Below, in pieces: positions 44,663 through 53,492 of a DNA stretch of 64,000 nt. Where the stretch lies: assembly GCA_046290465.1 (NCBI GenBank), contig JBKAGP010000001.1, positions 512,001 to 576,000 of the forward strand, in the 5' to 3' direction. Made by a program: the position numbers and the translations under genes. Below the pieces are notes generated by a model, which was given only the letters and a program-made list of their open reading frames with translations, made no database searches and was not told the origin of the DNA. Position 1 is the first letter of the stretch. Each line of letters begins with the position of its first letter. This DNA is from Planctomycetota bacterium (lineage in GTDB: Bacteria > Planctomycetota > UBA1135 > UBA2386).

Positions 44663-44791
44663 GTGAAGCCAACCGAAGATCCGCTCGACCAACAGATCCG
44701 CAAGGGCGCCCAGCGCCTGGTCGTGATGTGGGTGTGCTGGGTCGTGCTCGCGATCTTCCTGGTCACCGCCGGCGTCTGCGTGCTGCGCTAG
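44663..44791 (+). CDS. Small single-TM protein, 42 aa (MKPTEDPLDQQIRKGAQRLVVMWVCWVVLAIFLVTAGVCVLR)
   Basis: Read manually; GTG start, GC3-rich codons, C-terminal hydrophobic helix. Confidence 0.45.
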   Translation: MKPTEDPLDQQIRKGAQRLVVMWVCWVVLAIFLVTAGVCVLR

Positions 44792-44823
44792 CGCCCACGG
44801 CTCTGCCGCGGCACGATGCGGGC

Positions 44824-45471
44824 ATGAGTGGACTGGAAGCGATCGTCGGCGATCACGAGCGGGTGTTGATCCATCAGACCTAGGAGTGGGGTGAGATCCT
44901 GCTCGGGTTCGAGTCGAAGAACCGCTACGAACTGAATACCGAGAGTGGCGCGCGGCTCGGCTACGCGGCCGAAGAGGCCAAGGGCATCGGCGCGTGGTTC
45001 CTGCGCAATCTGCTGGGCCGCTGCCGCAAGGCCTCGGTCCACATCTACGACGAGTCCGGCAACCCGGTCGGCCGCGGCGAGAAGCCGTTCCGCTGGTTCT
45101 TCCACCGCATGGAGATCTACGACGGCGACCAGCGCGTCGGCGCCGTGCAGCGCAAGTGGTCGTGGTTCCACCGTCGCTTCGCGCTCGAAAACGCGGCGGG
45201 TGAGGAGACCATGGAGATCTTCAGCCCGCTGTTCCGGATCTGGACGTTCAAGCTGATGTTCCAGGGTGGCGAGGTCGGCCGGATCAGCAAGAAGTGGGGC
45301 GGTCTGCTGAAGGAGATGTTCACCGACGCCGACATCTTCGGCGTCGAGTGCCAGCCGCACGTGCCGATCGAAGTGCGCAAGCTGCTGCTGGTGGCGACGT
45401 TCTTGGTCGACTTCACCTGCTTCGAGAACAACAGCAACTCGGGTGTGGGGTTGGACCTGTTGGGCGACTGA
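44824..45471 (+). pseudogene. Phospholipid scramblase / LURP-one-like gene interrupted by an in-frame TAG at codon 20 (pseudogene, read-through or sequence error)
   Basis: ATG 44824 ... HQT-TAG(44881)-EWGEILLGFESKNRY continues in frame into the 45109-45471 ORF (GRISKKWGGLLKEMFTDADIFGV, DFTCFE). Confidence 0.75.
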
Positions 45472-45543
45472 GCGGAATCGGCCGAACCGTCATGGCATGA
45501 CCCGCTTGACGGATGAGTGCCATTCGATATGTATGGTTCGGTC

Positions 45544-46344
45544 ATGGGTGCGAAGAAGGGCCTCCTGATCGTCGTCGCCGCGTGCGCCTTGCTGTTGGTG
45601 TTCGCTGCGGACATCTTCTCCGGTGGCGAGCGAGCAGGCGGTGATCCTGCCACCACCGGGAGTTCGGCAGCCGGTCGCGACCCTGGGGACAGTGCGTCGG
45701 TGGTTGGCGCCGCCGACGTCCTGGCTACGGAAGGTTCCGAGCCGGCGATGGCGGATGCCGATCGGACGTCGCGCGCAGCCGACCGCCCGGCTGCGCTGGA
45801 CGGTTCGAACGGGGACAAGGCTCTCGTCGACCGCAAGGTCGCGGTCGAGGACTTCCTGTTCGCTCTGGGGCACCTGTTCGAAAACGGGCCGACGCCGCTG
45901 ACCTACGCCGCTCTCAACGCGGTTGGAATCGAGCCGAAGGAGGCGGATCTCCGTGTCGTCGCCGAACTCGTCCAGGGCTTCCGCGACCAGCAGAAGCAGT
46001 GGGAGTTCGCGCTGAGCAACTCGGTTGATCGGGAGGTCGAGAACGTCATTGCATCCGGTCGCGTGACACCCAAGCCCGCGACGCGCGATGCCAACGGCGC
46101 CATGCGCGTGCCGATCAGCCCGCGGGGGGTCGGTCCGGTGGTCACTCGCTACAACCGCGCCGGCGTCTACCACATCCCGATGGACATGCTGCCCGAAACG
46201 CAGCGGGTCAAGGCCGAGATGTTGACCCTGGTACATGACCTCGGGTGTCGCTTGGCGACGTTCGCATGCAGTAGCGGCTACCTGGGGGAAGAAGACTGCG
46301 CACTGCTCGTGGTGGAGATCCTCGCCATGGGCTCGAACAACTAG
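45544..46344 (+). CDS. Hypothetical exported / membrane-anchored protein
   Basis: N-terminal KK + hydrophobic segment, Ala/Gly/Ser linker, helical C-terminal region; more A/T-ending codons than neighbours. Alternative start 45517. Confidence 0.65.
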   Translation: MGAKKGLLIVVAACALLLVFAADIFSGGERAGGDPATTGSSAAGRDPGDSASVVGAADVLATEGSEPAMADADRTSRAADRPAALDGSNGDKALVDRKVAVEDFLFALGHLFENGPTPLTYAALNAVGIEPKEADLRVVAELVQGFRDQQKQWEFALSNSVDREVENVIASGRVTPKPATRDANGAMRVPISPRGVGPVVTRYNRAGVYHIPMDMLPETQRVKAEMLTLVHDLGCRLATFACSSGYLGEEDCALLVVEILAMGSNN

Positions 46345-46362
46345 AACCAAGGAGGTCCCGTT

Positions 46363-47034
46363 GTGATCGTACGTATTTCGATGACCCTGATCGTGTCGCT
46401 GGGCGCGCTGTACTTTGCTGGCCTTCGGGAAGGCTCGCTCGTCCACGCCGATGGCGCGGGTGTTGGTTGGGCCGATTCCCTCGAGCCCGGCGGATCGGCA
46501 TCCCAGGATCCGGAGCCACAGGACCCGGAGCCGGAACCGGAGCCTTCGACGGACTGCGGCGAGGTCGAGGGCTACAACTGCGAGCCTTACATCTCCGTCT
46601 ACCAGGTGCCGTTGCCCGGCGGTCCACCCAACAACCCGGATCCGCCCTGCACGACGTTCACCTGGGTGCCTGACGGGTTCGGCAACGGCAAGGGGAAGTG
46701 CGTCTGCGATGGCCCCGCCTGCGTGATCTCTGGCAACATGGGCTGTGCTGGCAGTGGCGACATCCTGGTCCACGCCCCGATCGGCCAGCATCTGGTGCGA
46801 CCGAAGACCGGGGAGTGCGTCAACGGGCCGGGCTCGATCTACGGCCAGCTGACGTGGGCCAACTCCTGGGCATGCCCGTGGCCACTGGCCGGTGGCGGTG
46901 GTCGGCCCGTCCTGCCCGGCAGTCATGCCGAGTTCGAGGTCCGCAGCGGCAGCTGTGGCGACGAAGACGCAGCGCTGATCTGCCGCTACGAACTGCAGGG
47001 CTCCTGCAACAGTTGCGGTGGCGACTGTCCGTAG
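46363..47034 (+). CDS. Secreted Cys-rich protein A (14 Cys)
   Basis: AAGGAGG 7 nt before GTG; signal-like N-terminus, acidic QDPEP linker, CVCDGPAC, C-terminal CNSCGGDCP. Confidence 0.75.
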   Translation: MIVRISMTLIVSLGALYFAGLREGSLVHADGAGVGWADSLEPGGSASQDPEPQDPEPEPEPSTDCGEVEGYNCEPYISVYQVPLPGGPPNNPDPPCTTFTWVPDGFGNGKGKCVCDGPACVISGNMGCAGSGDILVHAPIGQHLVRPKTGECVNGPGSIYGQLTWANSWACPWPLAGGGGRPVLPGSHAEFEVRSGSCGDEDAALICRYELQGSCNSCGGDCP

Positions 47035-47096
47035 CCCGTGGTCCTACGGCCGTGGCGCTCCATCACCTGGTACGAAACCCCTGATCCCCATCGAGC

Positions 47097-47630
47097 ATGT
47101 CCGTGTCCAAGCTCCTCAACCTCGTCTTCCTCGTTTTGTTCCTCGGGTTCTCGAGCGCCGGCGGAGTCCTGGCGCAGCATGTCGAAGACCCCGCCGAGGA
47201 AGAGACCCTCTGCGGCCAGATCACCAATCGGTCGTGCGAGGTCATCGCCGGCTCGGTCTTCGTGTTCAGCAATGGTCAGCCCGATCTGACCGTGACGATC
47301 ATCCCGGGCAACAACCCGCCAACCAACGGCTCCTGCTACTGCGACGGGCCCACGTGCAAGGAGAAGTCGGGCTGCTCGGCGAACGTCTACGTGACCGTCA
47401 AGCTGGATTCGGTGACCAGTCCATACTCCCTGCGCTACGCCGGCCAGTGTGGCGGGGGCGGCACCAACATCAGCATCGGTAACGTCACGTTCAGCGACTC
47501 GTGTGGCGGCGGCAAGCACGGCCAGTTCGTGGAGCTCTGGAAGGGCGGCTGTGGAGATCCGGATGCGACCCTGGATGGCGTCGTGTGGGTATACCTGCGC
47601 TGCGCGGACTGCTACGGCGACTGCCCATGA
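47097..47630 (+). CDS. Secreted Cys-rich protein B (12 Cys), paralog of A
   Basis: Signal peptide ending VLA-Q; CYCDGPTC; C-terminal CADCYGDCP. Confidence 0.8.
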   Translation: MSVSKLLNLVFLVLFLGFSSAGGVLAQHVEDPAEEETLCGQITNRSCEVIAGSVFVFSNGQPDLTVTIIPGNNPPTNGSCYCDGPTCKEKSGCSANVYVTVKLDSVTSPYSLRYAGQCGGGGTNISIGNVTFSDSCGGGKHGQFVELWKGGCGDPDATLDGVVWVYLRCADCYGDCP

Positions 47631-47641
47631 TCGGCGGGTGG

Positions 47642-48373
47642 CTACGCGAACATCGCGAGCCACTGCGCCTCGCTCTTCGGCCGGAACACCGGGTTGTTGT
47701 GGCGCGTGTCTCCCATCGACGCGTGCGGCCGCGGGTCGTAGCCATGGCCCGGATACAGCACCGCGTCGTCCGGCACCTGCATCAGCTTTTCGGTTAGCGA
47801 ACGGTACAGCTGCTTCGGGTCGCCGCCGGGGAAGTCGGTGCGGCCGCAGCCCTGCAGGAACAGCGTGTCCCCGGCGATCAGCCGGTTCTCGACCAGGAAG
47901 CACTGCGAGCCCGGTGTGTGGCCCGGCGTGTGGATCATCGTGATCGGGATCTCGCCGACCTTCAGCACGTCGCCGCTGTCGTGCAGCTGCAGGTCGGAAC
48001 GTTCGCAGCCGGTCTGACGCAGGATCCACTCGGCCTCGTCCTGCTGCGCATGCACCTTGCACGGGCAGCGCGCCAGCAGCTGCTGTACGCCTTCGAGTTC
48101 GTGGCCGAACAGGTCGCCGCCGACGTGGTCGGGGTGGTAGTGCGTCGCCAGCGCGCCGCAGAGCTTCATGTCGTCGCCTTCGACCAGGTCGCACAGCTCG
48201 TCGACGGCGTAGCACGGGTCGACCAGCACGCACTCGCGCGTGACCTGGTCGCCGATCGCGTAGACGAAGTTGGCCATCTGGCCGGCGACCGGGTTGTCGG
48301 CGCCGAAGTCGCGGCCGGCGAGCAGCTGACGGAAGTAGAGGCGTTCCTCGCGTGACGAGTCGGGTCCGGTCAT
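47642..48373 (-). CDS. MBL-fold metallo-hydrolase (glyoxalase II-like)
   Basis: THYHPDHVGG, HTPGHTPGS, GDTLF, GCGRTD, YPGHGY. Confidence 0.92.
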   Translation of the reverse strand: MTGPDSSREERLYFRQLLAGRDFGADNPVAGQMANFVYAIGDQVTRECVLVDPCYAVDELCDLVEGDDMKLCGALATHYHPDHVGGDLFGHELEGVQQLLARCPCKVHAQQDEAEWILRQTGCERSDLQLHDSGDVLKVGEIPITMIHTPGHTPGSQCFLVENRLIAGDTLFLQGCGRTDFPGGDPKQLYRSLTEKLMQVPDDAVLYPGHGYDPRPHASMGDTRHNNPVFRPKSEAQWLAMFA

Positions 48374-48546
48374 GGCACCCGCACGGTATCGAGCCGGTGG
48401 GCGCGCGCAAAGGACGGCGAAGGCCTGGGCAGGCGGCCCCGAGCTGCAGCACGCTGCCGGTCCGAGGGCACACCCCGACGGACTGTCGGAAAACGGAACA
48501 GTGCTCAAGGCGAGCCCGCCATCGTGCCGATCCACCGATGGCAAGG

Positions 48547-51500
48547 ATGGTAGACGAACCGCGGCAGCGCTCCGGGCGAGCTCGGAGCCGGATCTGGGTG
48601 GGCGCCCTGGCGCTCGCGTTGGTGCACGGCTGCACCGCGCGGCCGGGCGTGGTCGACGACGCGCGGGTGCTGCCGGCGTGGCGCGAACTGCTGGCGCAGC
48701 AGGCGACGGTCCGCAGCCAGCTGCTGGTGCCGGAGCTGGTGCTGCCCGAGCTCGATCCGCGCAAGGCGCTGGTCGTGGTCGATCCAAACTGGCGCGTGCC
48801 GGGTGCGATCGGCGAACCGGACCAGGTCGAGAAGCTGCGCACGTTCGTCGGGCAGGGCGGCCGGCTGGTGCTGTTCGGCCACGCGACGCGGTTGGTCAGC
48901 GAACTCGGCGTCGAGACCGAACGTCCGGAGAGCTCGGTCTATCGCTGGGGCTTCGATCGACGAGCGCGTCGCGGCGACGCGCAGCTGACCCTGCACTTCG
49001 TCTCGGGTCGCGTGCCGGACCTCTACGACGGCCTGCACGGCTCGGTGTCCGAGCACTCGATCCCGGTCACCGGCGGTGCGCCGTGCAACGCCGCGCTGTG
49101 CGCGTGGCGCGACGGGCCGCCGCGGGACGGTGAAGTGCTGGCGCGCCTCGGCGAGGTGCTCGACGGCGAACCCGCGCCGCTCGGCCCGCCGGTGCTGCTG
49201 CGCTTCCGGCACGGCCGCGGTGAGGTGCTCGCCTGCGGCCTGTTGCCGGACTTCGAACACCAGCAGCCGCAGGTGCGCGACAACGCGCGCGGCTTCGTGC
49301 AGCGCTGTGCCCGCTGGGCCGGCGCTGGCGACCGCGACGTGGTGCTGCTCGCGCTGCCCGATCGCACGCCGCTGCCGACCGGACTCGACCGCGACGGGCC
49401 CCCGATCGTGCCGCTGCTGGCGCACTGGGGCTGGCAGGGCGCGCTCTACGACGGCGAGGACGTCGACGCGGTGCGACCGGTCGACGAGCTGGTTCGCGAA
49501 GCCCTGGTGCCGAGCTTCCAGCAGGGCGCCGATGTGTTCGAGCTGACGTTGACCGACCCCCAGCACGGCGCGCCGCTGGCCTGGGACCAGCAGGACCCGA
49601 TCGAACCGCCGGTCTCCTGGCGCGGCCAGAGCCTCGGCGCCGGCTGGTCCGGCGGTGGCTTCCAGGCGCTCGCCATCGAGGCCCACCAGCGCGGCATGCT
49701 GCTGTTCGGCGGCATCGACCCGCTGCCGGTCGGCGACCGCGCCGCCGAACGGCTGGTCGCGCTGCGCATGACGGCGCGCGAGCTGGCTTCGGTGCGGCGC
49801 CACGGCAGCGGCGCGTTCGACGGCTTCGGGCTGCGGCAGTGGTGGCACGACCCGTCGGGCTACGGCGTCGCGATGGTGCAGGACTATCAGCCGTCGGCGT
49901 CGCTCTACTGCGCCGGCGAACGGGTGCCCGCGCTCGGCGGCGGCCTGCGCGCGCTCGATGCCGACGACGGCGGCGTGCGCGGCCTCGGCCTGTCCGGCGT
50001 CGCCGCCGGCTGGCGTGACGGCTTCGCCGGCGACCTGTTCCCGATCGGCTTGCTCGACGCGCGCGCGCTGCCGGACCGGTTCCCTGGCAACGGCGTGCGC
50101 GGCGGCGGCAGCCGCGGCGACTGGCTGGTGCAGCAGTTCTGCGAGTTCGTGCGCGAGCGACGGCTCGGCGGCGGGACCGCCCTGTGGCGGCGCCACGACC
50201 CGCGCACGCTCGGCCCGCGAACGGCCGCCTACGTGCAGGGGCTGTCGATGGAGCCGCTGCGCGCGGCGGTCGCGACCTCGCTCGCGGCGACCGGCCAGGA
50301 CGGCATCCGCGCGGCGGCGGCGGCGCTGCTCGACGAGGCCCAGCCGGGCTTCGGCGCGAGCGTCGCGGCGCCGGCTGCCGTGCACGTGCTGCAGAACAAC
50401 TGGTTCCGGCTGCTCGGCAGCGGCGGTGCGCTGCAGTTCGACGCCCGCGGGCTGGCCGACTTCGGCGACGGCGCGCGCCTGCTGAGCCCGGGCTTCCTGC
50501 ACACGCGGCTCTACGGTGGCCGCCCCGACGGCGCCGAGATGCGTGCCGAACGCATCGACTTCCTGCGCCACGGCCGGCGCGGTGGCGGCGGCTACGGCGA
50601 GGTCGAGCTGCTGGCCGACGCGGTCGGGGTCGACCGCCGCGTGCCCGAACTGCTCGGCCACGATGCCGCGCCCGAATGGCCGACCGCGGTCGAGTTGGAG
50701 TGGCGGCCGAGCAAGGGCTACCACGAGCTGCGTCTGCAGCTGCGCCCCGAGCGCGGCCAGGCGGTCGTGACGGTGTCGCTCGACGGCACGCTGCTGCGGG
50801 CGATCCCGTGCCGTTCGAGCGGCCGCGCGCCCGAGGTGGTGGTGCCGGTCCACATCGCGCGCGACGGCACCCGGGTGCTGCGCGTCGAGGTGTTCGAGGG
50901 CCAGACGGTCGCGATCGACGAGCTGGTGGTGACGCGCGTCGGCGACGTCGGGGTCGAGGCCGAGGTGACCGTGCCGGCCGGCAGCCTGGCGCAGCTGGTC
51001 GAGCGGTCGAGCTCCAGCTATCACGAAGAACGCGTCGCGCTGACGGCGCTCGCCGACGTGCCCGGCTTCGTCGTGCGCGCGCAGTGCGTGCGCGCGGCGC
51101 GCAACCTTCAGATCGAGCGGCGGCTGGCGCTGCCCGGCTACCACTTGCTCAGCGCGGCGACCGAAGGCGACGACCCGAAGGGCCGGCGCCAGCCGTTCGT
51201 GCTCGGCTGCACCGATCCCGGCATGCCGGACCTGTGCGTCGTGCCGCTGCAGCTGCCGCGCTACGAACGGCTGATCGTCGAGCCCGGCGCGGTGGTCTGG
51301 CGCGGCGCGCCGGAGGCCGGCCTGGCGGCGCGCGTCGGCTTCCTGCTGTGGCCGCAGGGCCAGGGACACAAGCTGCTGCCGCACCTGCAGCGGCTGCTCG
51401 ACGCGGTCGATCGGCCGCTGCCGGTCGACCTCGGCCCCGACGGCAAGGCATCGCTGACCAGCGACCTGCCGGTGCCGCACAACCGCGTGCTGCACCTCGA

Positions 51501-52197
51501 GACCGACATCGCGACGCCGCTGCTGGTGCGAGAGCGCGGCTACTGGACCTGGCGCGCCTGCCAGCCGGCCAGCGGCGGTGGCGTCTGGCTGCGCATCCAC
51601 CAGGAGCCGGGCGACGTCGTCGAGGTCGTCGGTGGCCCGACCGTGTTCGCGCGGACCCGCCCCGGAACCGGCGCGCTGCGCTGCGTCGCGCTCGAGGACC
51701 CGACCCCGCGCAGCGTCACCGCGCACGTGCTGCAGCCGAGCCGGCTGCGCGCGCCGTCGGTGGTGCTGGCGACCGACTTCGACGAGGTCACCGTCAACGG
51801 CGAGCCGTGGTCGTGGTTCGACGGCCGCACGGTGTTCCTGCCCGACGAGGTCGGCAGCTACCGGATCGAGGCGCGCCATTACGCCGCCCTGCTGCCGCCG
51901 CACGTGCGCTGCACCGGCGCGCCGCTGCAGCGGGTTTCGTTCGACGCGGCCGCACGCGAGCTGGTGCTGGTGACCCGGTCGCGCGACGACCGGCCGGCGA
52001 CGCTGCCGTGGACCGCGGTGCTGCACGGCCCGGTGCCGAGTTCGATCGAGAACGGCGAACTGGTCGACGTCGACCAGCTGCATCTGCCGGACGCCGCCGC
52101 CGAGGCCGCGGCGCTGCAGGGCGGCGTGTTGATCCGCTTCCGCCCGGGAACGACAACGGTGAGGTACGAAGGATGGAACGCAGCTCCTGGACGTTGA
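48547..52197 (+). CDS. Large (~1200 aa) hypothetical lipoprotein
   Basis: Long GC3-rich ORF; lipobox-like LVHGC; class-I GATase/ThuA-like segment (LRTFVGQGGRLVL, GRGEV); beta-sandwich-like segments. Alternative start 48538. Confidence 0.75.
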   Translation: MVDEPRQRSGRARSRIWVGALALALVHGCTARPGVVDDARVLPAWRELLAQQATVRSQLLVPELVLPELDPRKALVVVDPNWRVPGAIGEPDQVEKLRTFVGQGGRLVLFGHATRLVSELGVETERPESSVYRWGFDRRARRGDAQLTLHFVSGRVPDLYDGLHGSVSEHSIPVTGGAPCNAALCAWRDGPPRDGEVLARLGEVLDGEPAPLGPPVLLRFRHGRGEVLACGLLPDFEHQQPQVRDNARGFVQRCARWAGAGDRDVVLLALPDRTPLPTGLDRDGPPIVPLLAHWGWQGALYDGEDVDAVRPVDELVREALVPSFQQGADVFELTLTDPQHGAPLAWDQQDPIEPPVSWRGQSLGAGWSGGGFQALAIEAHQRGMLLFGGIDPLPVGDRAAERLVALRMTARELASVRRHGSGAFDGFGLRQWWHDPSGYGVAMVQDYQPSASLYCAGERVPALGGGLRALDADDGGVRGLGLSGVAAGWRDGFAGDLFPIGLLDARALPDRFPGNGVRGGGSRGDWLVQQFCEFVRERRLGGGTALWRRHDPRTLGPRTAAYVQGLSMEPLRAAVATSLAATGQDGIRAAAAALLDEAQPGFGASVAAPAAVHVLQNNWFRLLGSGGALQFDARGLADFGDGARLLSPGFLHTRLYGGRPDGAEMRAERIDFLRHGRRGGGGYGEVELLADAVGVDRRVPELLGHDAAPEWPTAVELEWRPSKGYHELRLQLRPERGQAVVTVSLDGTLLRAIPCRSSGRAPEVVVPVHIARDGTRVLRVEVFEGQTVAIDELVVTRVGDVGVEAEVTVPAGSLAQLVERSSSSYHEERVALTALADVPGFVVRAQCVRAARNLQIERRLALPGYHLLSAATEGDDPKGRRQPFVLGCTDPGMPDLCVVPLQLPRYERLIVEPGAVVWRGAPEAGLAARVGFLLWPQGQGHKLLPHLQRLLDAVDRPLPVDLGPDGKASLTSDLPVPHNRVLHLETDIATPLLVRERGYWTWRACQPASGGGVWLRIHQEPGDVVEVVGGPTVFARTRPGTGALRCVALEDPTPRSVTAHVLQPSRLRAPSVVLATDFDEVTVNGEPWSWFDGRTVFLPDEVGSYRIEARHYAALLPPHVRCTGAPLQRVSFDAAARELVLVTRSRDDRPATLPWTAVLHGPVPSSIENGELVDVDQLHLPDAAAEAAALQGGVLIRFRPGTTTVRYEGWNAAPGR

Positions 52198-52712
52198 TCG
52201 TGTTGGCCGCGCTCGGCCTCGCCGCGCTGGTGCTGGCGTTCGCGCCGTCGGCGTGGCCCAACCCGGTGGTCGACGACGGCAAGGTCGTCGAGACCCGGGT
52301 GGTGCCAGAACTGAGCACCGCCGCCAAGGCCGTCGACGCCGCCTGCCGCCGCGGTGACGAGGGCCGCTTCGCCGAACTGACGACCGCGTCGTATCGTCGC
52401 GACCTCGAGGTCCGGCTGCAGGCCGCCGACGCGCGGCTCGATGCGGACACCCTGCGCCGGATGGCCGAGGGCGGCGGCGGCTACGCCGAATGGCTGCGCC
52501 GGCCGGTGCTGGCGATGCACGCGATGAAGAACTACGTGGCGATCGCGGTCGACCGCGGCCGCGACTTCGACGGCGAGGACGACGGCGCGCAGGTGCTGGT
52601 GTTCGAGTGGGACGGGCAGCAGTTCGTGCTCGACGGGATCCGGCACGCGACGCGGGTGCGGACCGAGGCCGCCGCGCAGCGCTTCCTGGTCGAGCTGCTG
52701 CGCCTGAGGTGA
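52173..52712 (+). CDS. Hypothetical membrane-anchored protein (possible NTF2-like fold)
   Basis: ATG 52173 after GAAGG; N-terminal TM; C-terminal LVFEWDGQQFVLDG strand. Confidence 0.7.
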   Translation: MERSSWTLIVLAALGLAALVLAFAPSAWPNPVVDDGKVVETRVVPELSTAAKAVDAACRRGDEGRFAELTTASYRRDLEVRLQAADARLDADTLRRMAEGGGGYAEWLRRPVLAMHAMKNYVAIAVDRGRDFDGEDDGAQVLVFEWDGQQFVLDGIRHATRVRTEAAAQRFLVELLRLR

Positions 52713-52831
52713 CCCCCGGTCGGTGGTCTGAGCCCGGCTCCGGTGATCGGGGCGCATCGTCGCGGCCCCGAATCCACGCGGCGCGCAAGAGCCACCATCA
52801 AGCGACCGGCTCGCGCGGTAGGCTCTCTGGC

Positions 52832-53488
52832 ATGTCGGCCGACGCCTCGACCCTGCCCCGCCCGTTTGCGACCCCGCCCGCGTGGGCCCGAGCCCAGCTC
52901 GCCAACGTCGACGAACTGCTGCTCGAGCAGGCGCACCTCGAGAAGAAGGCGGCGGCCGGCGCGGTCGCGTTCCTGTTCCGGGTGCCGCTCGACGCGAAGC
53001 TGCACAAGCAGCTGTCGGCGCTGGCGCGGGAGGAGCTGGTGCACTTCGAGCGCACGCTGAAGCTGCTCGACCAGCGCGGCGTGGCGTTCGAGACCCAAAC
53101 GTCGTCGGGCTACGCCGAGAAGCTCAAGAAGGCGATCCGCCGCGACTACACTGGCCGGCTGTGCGACGAGCTGCTGGTCGCGGCGATCATCGAGCACCGT
53201 TCGCACGAGCGCATGGGGCTGCTGGCGGCGGCGCTGGCCGAGGCGGAGCCGGAGGTGGCGCGGTTCTACGCCGATTTGTGCCCGGCGGAAGAACGGCACG
53301 AACAGTTGTACGTCGATCTGGCCACGTTGGTGGTCGATGCCGACGCCGTCCGCACCAGGTACCGGGAGCTCGCCGAACACGAGGCCCAGGTCCTCCGAAC
53401 CCTGCCGTTCGGCGCCCGCCTGCACGGGGGGCTCCCCAGCGGCTGCAGCGCCGGCAGCTCCGCCGGGGTCGCGGCAGGTGAGGCGTAG
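52832..53488 (+). CDS. miaE: tRNA-(ms2io6A37) hydroxylase MiaE-like (ferritin-like diiron)
   Basis: AHLEKKAA, AREELVHF, LLVAAIIEHRSHER, FYADL, EERH. Confidence 0.85.
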   Translation: MSADASTLPRPFATPPAWARAQLANVDELLLEQAHLEKKAAAGAVAFLFRVPLDAKLHKQLSALAREELVHFERTLKLLDQRGVAFETQTSSGYAEKLKKAIRRDYTGRLCDELLVAAIIEHRSHERMGLLAAALAEAEPEVARFYADLCPAEERHEQLYVDLATLVVDADAVRTRYRELAEHEAQVLRTLPFGARLHGGLPSGCSAGSSAGVAAGEA

Positions 53489-53492
53489 CAGG

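Noticed and set aside
44881..44883. Genome-wide amber reassignment
   Set aside because: TAG ends thrS, infC, rmlA, rmlB and others at their expected C-termini.
48505..52788. Very long antisense or alternate-frame ORFs (e.g. 1427 aa at 48505-52788, 1135 aa at 7552-10959, 911 aa at 13275-16010)
   Set aside because: Shadow ORFs expected in high-GC DNA: Arg/Ala/Gly-rich or antisense mirrors of genes with clear motifs or better codon usage.
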